NCBI GenBank assembly: GCA_020723345.1
Contig: DYJA01000002.1
Span: 137,544 to 201,543 of the forward strand
Reading direction: 5' to 3'
From: Candidatus Aquidulcis sp.
Lineage (GTDB): Bacteria > Chloroflexota > Anaerolineae > UBA4142
DNA length: 64,000 nucleotides
Part shown: positions 19,170-28,186 of the stretch, piece by piece
How positions within the stretch are numbered: the stretch's first letter is position 1
How the letters are laid out: every line of letters starts with the position of its first letter
Translations under genes and position numbers: made by a program
Notes under the pieces: model-generated
What the model was told of the DNA's origin: nothing
Databases searched by the model: none
What the model saw: the letters and a program-made list of their open reading frames with translations, nothing else

Positions 19170-19918
19170 CGATGGCTTCGATCAATATTCTTGGCGTTCG
19201 TATCGACGATGTTACATACGCCGACGCGCTCGCGCACGTGGAGCAATTTCTCCACGAACCAGGGTTGCATCAGATCGCGACGGTCAATCCCGAATTCGTC
19301 GTGATGGCGCAAAAGGATGCGGAATTCCGGCGCGTGCTGAACGCGTGTGCGCTCAACGTGCCTGATGGAGTTGGCTTGCTGTGGGCGGCAAGGCACCTCA
19401 AGTCGCCGTTACGAGCGCGCGTGGCAGGACAAGAGTTGGTAGATCGCATCTGCGCGCTTGCGGCAGAACGCGGCGCGCGCGTTTTTTTGTTGGGCGCGCG
19501 CGAAGGCGTGGCAGCGCGCGCGGCGGAGGAATTGAAAAGGCGATATTCGAGATTAGAGATTGGAGATTGTTACGCGGGATCGCCTGCGCGCGAGGAGGAA
19601 GATGGAATTGTCGAGCGGGTCAACGCGTCGCGCGCGCGAATTTTGTTCGTCGCGTACGGACCGCCGAGGCAGGAATTGTGGATCGCGCGCAACGCGGCGC
19701 GGTTGAAAAATATCGCGGTGGCGCTGGGCGTGGGCGGCACGTTCGATACGCTCGCCGGCATCGTGCCGCGCGCGCCGCAGTGGATTCGCGACGCAGGGTT
19801 TGAGTGGACGTATCGATTGCTGCGGGAGCCATGGCGCATCAAACGCCAACTCGCGATTCCGTATTTTATGTGGTTGGTGATAAAAAAGAAACTAGCCAAG
19901 CGGACAACCAGGGATTAG
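19166..19918 (+). CDS. WecB/TagA/CpsF-family glycosyltransferase
   Basis: INILGVRIDDVT, ATVNPEFVVMAQKD, NVPDGVGLLWAAR, ILFVAYGPPRQELW. 4-nt overlap with the upstream gene. Confidence 0.9.
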   Translation: MTMASINILGVRIDDVTYADALAHVEQFLHEPGLHQIATVNPEFVVMAQKDAEFRRVLNACALNVPDGVGLLWAARHLKSPLRARVAGQELVDRICALAAERGARVFLLGAREGVAARAAEELKRRYSRLEIGDCYAGSPAREEEDGIVERVNASRARILFVAYGPPRQELWIARNAARLKNIAVALGVGGTFDTLAGIVPRAPQWIRDAGFEWTYRLLREPWRIKRQLAIPYFMWLVIKKKLAKRTTRD

Positions 19919-19969
19919 GAACTGGTTGCCCGAATGACTAGTTGTCCGATTGACTGAACACCCACGCGA

Positions 19970-20626
19970 CTATTTGTCCAGAATTTTGTACCCTTGGCCA
20001 CGCACAGTCACTAGCCGTTCTGGCTCACTCGGATCGTCTTCCACTTTTTGGCGCACCCAGCGGATGTGTACGTCGAGCGTGCGCGTGTCGCCCATGTAAT
20101 CCGTCTCCCACACTTCGCGCATCAATACTTTGCGCGTGACCAATTGTCCCGCGCGCTCCATCAAAGTCTTGAGTAAGATGAATTCCTTCGGCGTGAGTGG
20201 AAAAGTCTTGCTGCCGCGTGCCAGTTTTTGTCTTTCCAGATCGAGTGCCAGTTTGCCAATCGTCAGCAAGCGCGGCGGTTTATTTTCAATCGCGCTTTTG
20301 ACGCGCGCCGCGAGACGTTTGCCGACGGCGGGTTTCGGGACGATACCAGCCGCGTTGATCGCGCTGTCGATCTTGGCGTTTGGTTGAGCGATCAAAACCA
20401 GGGGCGCGAACGACGCGTTCTTTAATTTGCGGCAGAGGGTTTTGCAATTCAAACGCGGCGACGTCGCGTCGACGACAATCGCGTCCAGATTGTGCGATTT
20501 GGCTTCTTTGAACGCCTGGCGACCGCTGAGCGCGGTGAGGATCGCGTATTCTTTTTTGTTGAAGAGACTAGTATATGCGGCAGTCGCCGTCTTGTCGTTG
20601 GCAACGAGCAAGACCGTCATGGGCAT
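19970..20626 (-). CDS. OmpR-family winged-helix regulator with atypical receiver domain
   Basis: C-terminal LTPKEFILLKTLMERAGQLVTRKVLMREVW...RTLDVHIRWVRQKV...VRGQGYKI. The receiver has LLVANDK instead of the usual DD acidic pair. Confidence 0.85.
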   Translation of the reverse strand: MPMTVLLVANDKTATAAYTSLFNKKEYAILTALSGRQAFKEAKSHNLDAIVVDATSPRLNCKTLCRKLKNASFAPLVLIAQPNAKIDSAINAAGIVPKPAVGKRLAARVKSAIENKPPRLLTIGKLALDLERQKLARGSKTFPLTPKEFILLKTLMERAGQLVTRKVLMREVWETDYMGDTRTLDVHIRWVRQKVEDDPSEPERLVTVRGQGYKILDK

Positions 20627-20725
20627 GGCAATGACTCCAGAAAGAAATGCTGAGGGGACACGGCTATTATACTCGATCTAATGAAGATTGCAATTAGCCC
20701 TCAAGTCATGTTCCCGCTTTCTAAT

Positions 20726-20754
20726 TTGCGATTTAAGGTTGACGATGCTATAAT
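20726..20754 (+). promoter_or_regulatory. Promoter candidate for the glycosylation genes
   Basis: TTGCGA, 17-nt spacer, TATAAT; 10 nt before ATG 20765. Confidence 0.45.
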
Positions 20755-20764
20755 CGCCGCGCTG

Positions 20765-21517
20765 ATGAAAACATACATCATTCTTCCAACGTACAACGAA
20801 GCGCAAAATCTCGATCCGATGGTCAATCAATTGCGAGGACTCGCGCTCCCCGATCCGCATATCTTGATCATCGACGACAATTCCCAGGATGGCACGGGCG
20901 CAATCGCCGATAGATTGCGCGAGCAACATCCCAATTGTATTGCGGTGTTGCATCGTGCGGGCAAACTGGGTTTGGGCACCGCGTATGTGACGGGGTTTCG
21001 ATGGGCAATCGAGCAAGGCGCAGACTATATTATCCAGATGGACTGCGATTTTTCTCACTCACCCAGTTATCTCCCCCAATTCATTTCCAGAGTGAACGAG
21101 TACGATGTGGTCGTCGGCTCGCGCTACGTCCCCGGCGGCAAACTCGATCCGCGCTGGAGCGGCTGGCGCTATTTTCTCAGCAAATGGGCGAATAGCGTTT
21201 GGGTGCGATTTATTTTGGGAACCCAGGTTCAGGATGCGACCGCGGGTTTCAAATGTTGGCACCGCCGCGCGCTGGAACGCATTCCTCTCGAAAGCGTGCG
21301 TTCTAACGGTTATGTTTTCCAAGTCGAGATGGCGTACTTGTGCGAAAAACTGGGGATGCGGATTCTCGAATGGCCCATTTATTTTGAAGATCGCCGCATT
21401 GGTAAATCCAAGATGACCGTCCCTGTGAAACTCGAAGCCGCGTGGCGCGTGCTTGAGATTCGTCTGCATCACGGCGCGTTGAAACATTCGGCGCGCGTTG
21501 AGTCCCAACGTGTCTAG
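20765..21517 (+). CDS. GT2 polyprenol-phosphate sugar synthase (Dpm1/GtrB-like)
   Basis: [59 protein letters not shown]. Start moved from 20681. Confidence 0.9.
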   Translation: MKTYIILPTYNEAQNLDPMVNQLRGLALPDPHILIIDDNSQDGTGAIADRLREQHPNCIAVLHRAGKLGLGTAYVTGFRWAIEQGADYIIQMDCDFSHSPSYLPQFISRVNEYDVVVGSRYVPGGKLDPRWSGWRYFLSKWANSVWVRFILGTQVQDATAGFKCWHRRALERIPLESVRSNGYVFQVEMAYLCEKLGMRILEWPIYFEDRRIGKSKMTVPVKLEAAWRVLEIRLHHGALKHSARVESQRV

Positions 21518-24500
21518 ACGCGATCTTTGGATCGGGTTGTTTTTCGTCGCGCTGTCCGCGCTTTTTTTTGCGCCGGTTGTCTTTGGCGGCGCGACGCTCA
21601 TTCCATTCGATAACCTCTTTCGTTTTCCGCCGTGGCGCATGTTCGCATTCCAGTTCGGCGTGACGACGCCGTACAACGAACTCGCGAGCGATCTCCTCCT
21701 CGAAAATTACGCGTGGAAACAATTCATCGTCGAGTCGCTGCGCGCGCAAGAAATTCCGCTCTGGAATCCGTACCTCTTTGGCGGCGTGCCGTTCCTCGCG
21801 GCGGGGCAGTCTTCCGCGCTCTATCCTTTCAATATTCTATTCTACCTTCTGCCTCTTGATCGCGCGTTTGGCATTTTCGTCGCGCTGCAACTCGCGCTCG
21901 CGGCGATTGCGATGTTTGCATTTATGCGCGTGCTCGGCGTCAGCCGCTTTGCCGCGACGATCAGCGCGATCACGTACGCGTTCAGCGCGTTCTTCTTCGT
22001 CAGCACGACATTTCCGATGGTGATCGCCGCGGCGGCGTGGCTGCCCGCGATTCTCGCCTGCGCCGAGTTGGTGATTCGCTCGAAGGATTCCGCGCGGCAA
22101 ATTTTCTGCGCGCTGCTCGGCGCGATTTTTCTCGGTATTCAATTTCTCGCGGGACACGTCGAGATTTCGATGTACGTGCTGATCGTCACCGCGTTTTATT
22201 CCGCGTGGCGCGGCGTCTCACTTGTCATTGCGAGGAGCGGAGCGACGAAGCAATCCCCAACTCACGAATTGGAGATTGCTTCGCAAAGACCGCTCGCAAT
22301 GACAGCGCGCGTCGCGTGGCGCGGCTGGTTTCTCATCGCGGCGATGACCGTCGTCGGGATCGCGCTCGCCGCGGTTCAACTGGTGCCGCTGTACGAACTC
22401 GTGCAGAATAATTTTCGCAGCGGCTCGGCGTCGTATCAGGACGTGATCGGTTGGGCGTACCCTCTCAAACAAATCATCACGTTTTTCATTCCCGATTTCT
22501 TTGGCAATCCCACACATCATTCGTACTTTGATATTTTCGATTTAACGCCGCGCGCCGCGCCGACCGGCACGATTTTCTGGGGCGTCAAGAACTACGTCGA
22601 GGCAGGATCGTACGTCGGCATCTTGCCGTTGCTGCTCGCGCTGATCGCAATCATCTCACGCATCACGCATCACGCATCACGTAACACGCAGAACGCTGCG
22701 GCGAGCGTTCCCTACGCATCTCTCAACTTCCCCATTGCTCTTTTCGCAACCCTCGCGATCATTTCGCTCTTGTTCACTTTCGGCACACCGCTGTACGCGA
22801 TTCTTTTCTTCGGCGTTCCTGGGTTCGATCAACTGCACACGCCCTTTCGTTGGGTCTTTCCATACACGCTGAGCGTGGCGGCACTGGCGGGGATTGGCGC
22901 GCAAGTTCTCAGTCAACAGTCAACAGTCAACAGTCAACAGTCGAACCGCGTCATACGTTTCACGTTTCACGTCTTACCTCTGCTTGCGCTTACGATTGGT
23001 ATTGTAGTTCTCTTTGCTCTCACGGCGTCCTGGCTTTTGCGCGATCAAACGCTCGTGTTGGCGGAGCGAATCCTGCGCGCGTCCAACACCGCGCAACTCG
23101 CGTTCGATAGTGGGCGAATGTTCTACTCGTACGAGTTTCGCAACGTCGCGCTCTTTGCGATTTTTCTTATCGGCGCAGGCATTGTTCTTCACGCAACACG
23201 CATCACGCATCCTTCGACTGCGCTGCGCTCCGCTCAGGACGCGTCGCGCACCCCGTTTCCGCTTTGGCAACTCCTCGCGCTCTTCGTCCTCGTCGCCGAT
23301 TTGTTCGTTATCGGCACGCAATTCTATCCGCGCGCGGATTCGCGCCTCGCCGAGTTCGTGCCGCCTGCCGTGAAATTTTTGCAGCAAGACAAATCGCTCT
23401 ATCGCATCACGAGTTACGACGCGTCGGGCGAAAAAATGTTCAACCCGAATGTCGGAATGTTCTATCACCTTTCCGACATTCGCGGCTATGATTCGATCAT
23501 CCCGAAACAGTACGCCGAATTGATGGGCGCGCTCGCGCCGCAGGGCGAATTGCTTTACAATCGCATCGCGCCGTTCTACAATCCCGATCCGCTCGATTCG
23601 CCGATCATCAATTTGCTCAACGTCAAGTACGTTTTGACGACGCGTCCGCTGCCGAACGCGGGGTACACGCTCGTGTACGACGACGAGATCAAAATCTATC
23701 GCAACGCGCGCGTGTTGCCGCGCGCGTTCATGGCTCCGCAGGCGCGCGTCATTTCTAACCGCGCTGCGCTGCTCGCGCAAATGAAAGAATTCGATCCGAC
23801 GCGCGAGGTGTTGCTGGATCAAGACCCAGAAATCGCGAGTCCGTCGTCGTGCGCGCTCAAGCCCGTGTCCATCGAAAAGTACGGCGGCAACGAAGTGATC
23901 GTCAAGAGCAAACAGGATTGCGCGGGCTGGCTCGTCCTGACTGATTCGTACTTCCCGGGCTGGCTCGCGCAGATTGACGGCGAAGATGCCGCGCTCTATC
24001 GCGCCAATTACAATTTCCGCGCGGTCTACGTTCCCACGGGCGAGCACACGATTCGATTCAAGTACAGCCCCGTCTCGTTCCGCGCAGGCGCGATTGGATC
24101 GTTCCTCGGCGCGATGGTGTTGCTGCTGGGATTCGCGTACCTCGCGTGGCGAAGATTTTATCGCGCCGATCAAGAATCGCAAGCGATCACCGTCGCCAAG
24201 AATTCGATCTTGCCGATGGCAACGTCGCTGCTGATGAAGTTGATCGATCTCGCCATGGCGATGTTCATGTTGCGCGTTTTGGGTCCCGTTGGCACGGGTC
24301 GGTACGGTTGGGCGGTCACTGTTTGGTTGCTCGCCAACGCGATCACCGATTTCGGTTTGGGCATTCTCGTCACGCGCGAAGTTTCGCGCGACCGCGCGCA
24401 GGCGAATCGTTATTTGACGAACACCGCGATTTTGCGGTTTCTGTTGTGGGCGGCATCGTTGCTGCCCGTCGCCGCGCTTGCCGCGATTTATTTTGCGTTC

Positions 24501-25616
24501 TTCGATCTCACGCTTGACACGGCGGGCGCGCTCGCGCTCTTGATGATCGGGATGCTGCCCAGTTCGCTGTCCGCGTCGCTCGCGTTTCTGTTCAACGCGT
24601 ACGAAAAATTCGAGTACCGCATCGCGGTCGATTTCACGACGCGCTTGCTCGCGGTCGCGCTCGGCGTGGTTGTGCTGGTCGCAGGGTATGGCTACGTCGG
24701 ATTGGCGACCGTCTCCATCGTCACGAACATTTTTACGCTCGCGGCATTCTTCTATCTCGTTCGCACAACGCTCTTTACGCCGCGCTGGGAACCCGACCGC
24801 GCGCTTGTGCGTTGGATGTTCTTTGAATCGTATCCGTTGATGCTCAATAATTTATTGTCGTCACTTTTCTTCCGCATCGACATTTTGATTTTGAAACCGT
24901 TCAAAGGTGATGCCGTCGTTGGTTATTACCAGACCGCGTACAAATTCATCGATGCGCTCAATTTCATTCCCTCGAATTTTACGCTTGCGATTTTCCCCGT
25001 TCTATCACGGATGGCGGCGAACGCCAAAGACGCGATGCTGCGGGCGTACGTCCTGTCGCTGAAAATTTTGTTGTGGATCGCGCTGCCGATCACCGTCGGC
25101 ACGATGTTCATCGCGCGCGAACTGATTGTGTTTATCGGCGGCGACGCGTATTTGCCTGATTCTGCGATTGCGCTCCAAGTGCTGATTTGGTTCCTGCCGT
25201 TCAGTTTCATCAACAGTGTGACGCATTACGTTTTGATCGCGCTGGGGCAGCAGCGCTTTTTGACGAAAGCGTTTGTCATCGGCGTTACGTTCAACGTCAT
25301 CGCAAACCTGCTCGCGATTCCGCCGCTCAGTTATGTCGGCGCGTCGCTCGTCACGATTTGTTCCGAGATGGTGCTGCTGATTCCGTTCTACTACAGCGTG
25401 CGGAAAAATCTCGCGGCGGTGCCGTTCGTGTCAATCGCGTGGCGACCGGTCGTCGCGTCGGGTGTGATGGGCGTTGGTTTGTGGTGGCTCGTCGAACACG
25501 TCGGCGTGCTGTTTTCGATTCCACTCGCGGGGATTTTGTACGCAGTCATTTTGCTCGCGCTGGGCGCGCTGGGGGAAGATGAACGCGCGGTGTTGAAGAA
25601 AATTCTGCGACGGTAA
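21498..25616 (+). CDS. Fusion protein: YfhO-type GT-C membrane glycosyltransferase (about 880 aa) plus MOP/Wzx-type polysaccharide flippase (about 480 aa)
   Basis: N-terminal part: [28 protein letters not shown] and C-terminal YfhO signature [46 protein letters not shown]. It then continues without a stop into [39 protein letters not shown]... with about 12 further TM helices. Start may be GTG 21510. Confidence 0.85.
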   Translation: MSPNVSRRDLWIGLFFVALSALFFAPVVFGGATLIPFDNLFRFPPWRMFAFQFGVTTPYNELASDLLLENYAWKQFIVESLRAQEIPLWNPYLFGGVPFLAAGQSSALYPFNILFYLLPLDRAFGIFVALQLALAAIAMFAFMRVLGVSRFAATISAITYAFSAFFFVSTTFPMVIAAAAWLPAILACAELVIRSKDSARQIFCALLGAIFLGIQFLAGHVEISMYVLIVTAFYSAWRGVSLVIARSGATKQSPTHELEIASQRPLAMTARVAWRGWFLIAAMTVVGIALAAVQLVPLYELVQNNFRSGSASYQDVIGWAYPLKQIITFFIPDFFGNPTHHSYFDIFDLTPRAAPTGTIFWGVKNYVEAGSYVGILPLLLALIAIISRITHHASRNTQNAAASVPYASLNFPIALFATLAIISLLFTFGTPLYAILFFGVPGFDQLHTPFRWVFPYTLSVAALAGIGAQVLSQQSTVNSQQSNRVIRFTFHVLPLLALTIGIVVLFALTASWLLRDQTLVLAERILRASNTAQLAFDSGRMFYSYEFRNVALFAIFLIGAGIVLHATRITHPSTALRSAQDASRTPFPLWQLLALFVLVADLFVIGTQFYPRADSRLAEFVPPAVKFLQQDKSLYRITSYDASGEKMFNPNVGMFYHLSDIRGYDSIIPKQYAELMGALAPQGELLYNRIAPFYNPDPLDSPIINLLNVKYVLTTRPLPNAGYTLVYDDEIKIYRNARVLPRAFMAPQARVISNRAALLAQMKEFDPTREVLLDQDPEIASPSSCALKPVSIEKYGGNEVIVKSKQDCAGWLVLTDSYFPGWLAQIDGEDAALYRANYNFRAVYVPTGEHTIRFKYSPVSFRAGAIGSFLGAMVLLLGFAYLAWRRFYRADQESQAITVAKNSILPMATSLLMKLIDLAMAMFMLRVLGPVGTGRYGWAVTVWLLANAITDFGLGILVTREVSRDRAQANRYLTNTAILRFLLWAASLLPVAALAAIYFAFFDLTLDTAGALALLMIGMLPSSLSASLAFLFNAYEKFEYRIAVDFTTRLLAVALGVVVLVAGYGYVGLATVSIVTNIFTLAAFFYLVRTTLFTPRWEPDRALVRWMFFESYPLMLNNLLSSLFFRIDILILKPFKGDAVVGYYQTAYKFIDALNFIPSNFTLAIFPVLSRMAANAKDAMLRAYVLSLKILLWIALPITVGTMFIARELIVFIGGDAYLPDSAIALQVLIWFLPFSFINSVTHYVLIALGQQRFLTKAFVIGVTFNVIANLLAIPPLSYVGASLVTICSEMVLLIPFYYSVRKNLAAVPFVSIAWRPVVASGVMGVGLWWLVEHVGVLFSIPLAGILYAVILLALGALGEDERAVLKKILRR
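22224..22303. mobile_element. MITE-like palindromic element inserted in frame in the YfhO-flippase gene
   Basis: Termini GTCATTGCGAG ... CTCGCAATGAC, inner pair gaagcaatc/gattgcttc. Flanked by the 13-bp direct repeat cgcgtggcgcggc at 22202 and 22313 (111 nt apart). Confidence 0.8.
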
Positions 25617-25651
25617 ACAGAAACCCGTTTTCTGCAAGAAAACGGGTTTCT

Positions 25652-26137
25652 CTATAATCGCGCAAGTTCTTCTTCGATCCGCACGCGTGGCACTTGCAAA
25701 TTTACGTTTGGGACTTGGAGATTGAACGTATCGATCGCCTTGTTGAGCGCAGCCGCGCGCTCGCGATAGATGCGGCGCGTCCGTTCGCGCGCGTGCGCCA
25801 GGTGTTCGCGTTCGGCAATCTGCTTGTCGGGCGCGAGCGACGCGAGTTCCGTGGTGCGTTCGCGCTGCCAACGCGCGTGCTGTTCGAGAAATGTCGCGAG
25901 CGATTGCCGTTCGGCGCGAATTGCTTTGCCTTGTTCGATCCATTCCGGCGCGTACCCCGCGTCTTTCAGCATTTTGAACGCGAGTTGCCAATCGTCGGGG
26001 ACGTGTGAATAATCGCCGAGATTCAACGGCTTGCCTGCGCCGCGCAAATTGTCGAACTCGCCGCGTTCCATCGCCTCGCGAATTTGTTTGTCAATCGCGC
26101 TTTCCCAATCGCGCGGTGTTTTTTTCGAGTTGCTCAC
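25652..26137 (-). CDS. DUF1992 (DnaJC28-like) domain protein
   Basis: WESAIDKQIREAMERGEFDNLRGAGKPLNL ... WQLAFKMLKDAGYAPEWIE. Confidence 0.85.
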   Translation of the reverse strand: MSNSKKTPRDWESAIDKQIREAMERGEFDNLRGAGKPLNLGDYSHVPDDWQLAFKMLKDAGYAPEWIEQGKAIRAERQSLATFLEQHARWQRERTTELASLAPDKQIAEREHLAHARERTRRIYRERAAALNKAIDTFNLQVPNVNLQVPRVRIEEELARL

Positions 26138-26230
26138 GATTTTCCCCTGCGTTCTCTGTGTTCTCTGTGGCGGAAATAAGAACGAAGCATTTGCCGTATC
26201 GCAAACGCTTCGTTCCTACCGGTCCAACAT

Positions 26231-26434
26231 CTAACCTTCCTCTTGCATCTGGCGCATGCGCATCATGCGCGCGCGGCGCCGCCCCTTGCGCTCGTCCATG
26301 CGACGTTGTTCGCCTTTCGGAATGAACCAGCGGCGGCGGCGCAGATCCTTCATCACGCCGCCTTCCATCACTTCTTTGTTGAAGCGACGGAGCAGACTGT
26401 CGAAAGACTCGCCATCGCGAAGTCTGACGGTCAC
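26231..26434 (-). CDS. rpsU: 30S ribosomal protein S21
   Basis: MTVRLRDGESFDSLLRRFNKEVMEGGVMKDLRRRRWFIPKGEQRR. Confidence 0.9.
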   Translation of the reverse strand: MTVRLRDGESFDSLLRRFNKEVMEGGVMKDLRRRRWFIPKGEQRRMDERKGRRRARMMRMRQMQEEG

Positions 26435-26710
26435 GAAAAATCACCCCTATCTATTGTGGAATTTGCAAACGAATGAATCGCCCGGTCGATTGCCGAGCAA
26501 CCTTAAAGCGGAGCGCATATTACCATTTGAGCGCGGAATTGTCAAATGAGGCGCGCGCCGCGCAGTCGCTGTTCCTGGCGGGCGACCGATCGCTCTGTTC
26601 GGCGCGCTGCCGCGCAAGCCGCGCATTTGCGCCAGCGGGCGTTTGGTGTTATAATATCATTATCCGATAACGAATTACGATAATAGATTGCTCAAGCCAG
26701 CCAGAGGTGG

Positions 26711-27499
26711 TTGATGGAATACTTGGTCGTTTGTGTCGTCGCGTTGGGAGTATCCGCGCTCACACTCTTTTCAGGATTTGGACTCGGCACGGTGTTGATG
26801 CCTGCCTTTGCTCTCTTTTTCCCGGTACCCATTGCGGTTGCTGCCACCGCGATCGTGCATCTTGCGAACAACATCTTCAAAGTGGCGTTGGTCGGTCGCC
26901 AAGCCGATTGGAATGTGGTAGTTCGCTTTGCGGTGCCGGGCGCGATCGCTGCGATAATTGGCGCGGGATTGTTGGGTCTGTTCGCGACCGCCCCGCCACT
27001 TGCGACCTACGCGCTCGGCGCGCAGACACATGAAATCAGCGCGGTCAAACTGGCGGTTGGTATTCTGATCGTCGGATTTGCGCTCTTGGATTTGCTGCCG
27101 CAATTTCAGCGGCTGGCGTTCGATCGCAAGTACTTGCTGCTGGGCGGCGCGGTCTCTGGCTTTTTCGGTGGATTGTCCGGCAACCAAGGCGCGTTGCGCT
27201 CGGCGTTTCTGCTCAAGTCGGGATTGAGCAAGGAGGCATTCATCGGCACCGGCACAGTCGCGGCTGTCGTCGTGGATGTCGCGCGGCTGTTGATTTATGG
27301 ATTGAGTTTCTACGCCGCGCAATTCGCGGGGTTGCGTTCGGACATCGGTGGGCTGGTCATCGCGGCGACGCTGGCGGCTTTTGTGGGCTCGTACTTGGGC
27401 GCGCGGATGATCAAGAAGGTGACTTTGCGAACCATCCAAGTTCTCGTCGGAGTCATGCTGATCACAATCGGCATGAGCATGGCAATAGGTCTCATCTGA
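26711..27499 (+). CDS. TauE/SafE-family anion exporter
   Basis: 262 aa, 7-8 TM helices, two-fold internal repeat with G..GG..G motifs (GGAVSGFFGGLSGNQGALRSAFLL). Confidence 0.9.
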   Translation: MMEYLVVCVVALGVSALTLFSGFGLGTVLMPAFALFFPVPIAVAATAIVHLANNIFKVALVGRQADWNVVVRFAVPGAIAAIIGAGLLGLFATAPPLATYALGAQTHEISAVKLAVGILIVGFALLDLLPQFQRLAFDRKYLLLGGAVSGFFGGLSGNQGALRSAFLLKSGLSKEAFIGTGTVAAVVVDVARLLIYGLSFYAAQFAGLRSDIGGLVIAATLAAFVGSYLGARMIKKVTLRTIQVLVGVMLITIGMSMAIGLI

Positions 27500-27509
27500 G
27501 GAGCGACTG

Positions 27510-27917
27510 ATGGATTCACAAATCGGTCGGAAAACCGTCGTGTGTAATACCTGCACACTCAAACTGATTGCCGTCGCGTATCGCCGTGTCCCGCTCTTTC
27601 GGTTGATGCGCGAGCCGCTCAAATGGGGGATGCGCGCGCTGTCATGGATCTATCGGGTTAATCCAGATGTATACGCGGTTCGTACACCCAAGTGCTACGG
27701 TTGCATTCGTTTCTACAAGAGCGCACTCAAGGAAAAATCGGCGCTGTTTCGCGCGCTCAACAACATCGTCAATCCGTTCTTCGACGCTGTCTTGGAACGC
27801 ATCATCACGCCAGAAGAGTTGAAGCAAGCCAAGACCTACGCGTGGGCGGCAACGCTAGGAGAGGTGAAACCCGCCGTCGCATCCGAGTGGCTGGGCGGGC
27901 AGAAGGTTGGCTTCTAG
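27510..27917 (+). CDS. Hypothetical protein with two CxxC pairs
   Basis: VVCNTCTLK and PKCYGCIRF. 10 nt after the TauE gene. No family recognised. Confidence 0.5.
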   Translation: MDSQIGRKTVVCNTCTLKLIAVAYRRVPLFRLMREPLKWGMRALSWIYRVNPDVYAVRTPKCYGCIRFYKSALKEKSALFRALNNIVNPFFDAVLERIITPEELKQAKTYAWAATLGEVKPAVASEWLGGQKVGF

Positions 27918-27941
27918 GGCAGGTTGTCGCCGCGTGGTTTT

Positions 27942-27970
27942 TTGACAGTATGCGAATATCGGGATATAAT
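27942..27970 (+). promoter_or_regulatory. Consensus sigma-70 promoter upstream of the cytochrome gene
   Basis: TTGACA, 17-nt spacer, TATAAT. Predicts a leader of about 210 nt. Confidence 0.55.
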
Positions 27971-28186
27971 ATCGAAAGATGATAACGGCTGCGGATATTC
28001 ATGCCGGATCGCGCTCGGCGAAAGGAGGTGATGCAGACGCGCGCAGCGCTATCGCTTATGCTACCGTGATGGCTCAATAGTCTGATGAGGGGTCGGGTAC
28101 AAGCAGCGACCGGGGACTGCTCTGCGGGAGCAATTGCCGAGGACGGCTTTGTTCGATAACGCAAATTCGAAAGGAGAAAGTCCTGA

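Noticed and set aside
22909-22946. Possible CRISPR-like or spacer-repeat arrays (cagtcaa x4 here; tandem-motif hairpins elsewhere).
   Set aside because: Units are only 7-10 bp, directly abutting with no unique spacers. There are no cas genes, and many are self-complementary palindromes rather than direct repeat-spacer arrays.
26450-26710. Possible structured RNA or leader between rpsU and the TauE gene.
   Set aside because: Only an extended -10-like TGTTATAAT (about 26648-26656) was seen. No conserved riboswitch core or convincing terminator is present.
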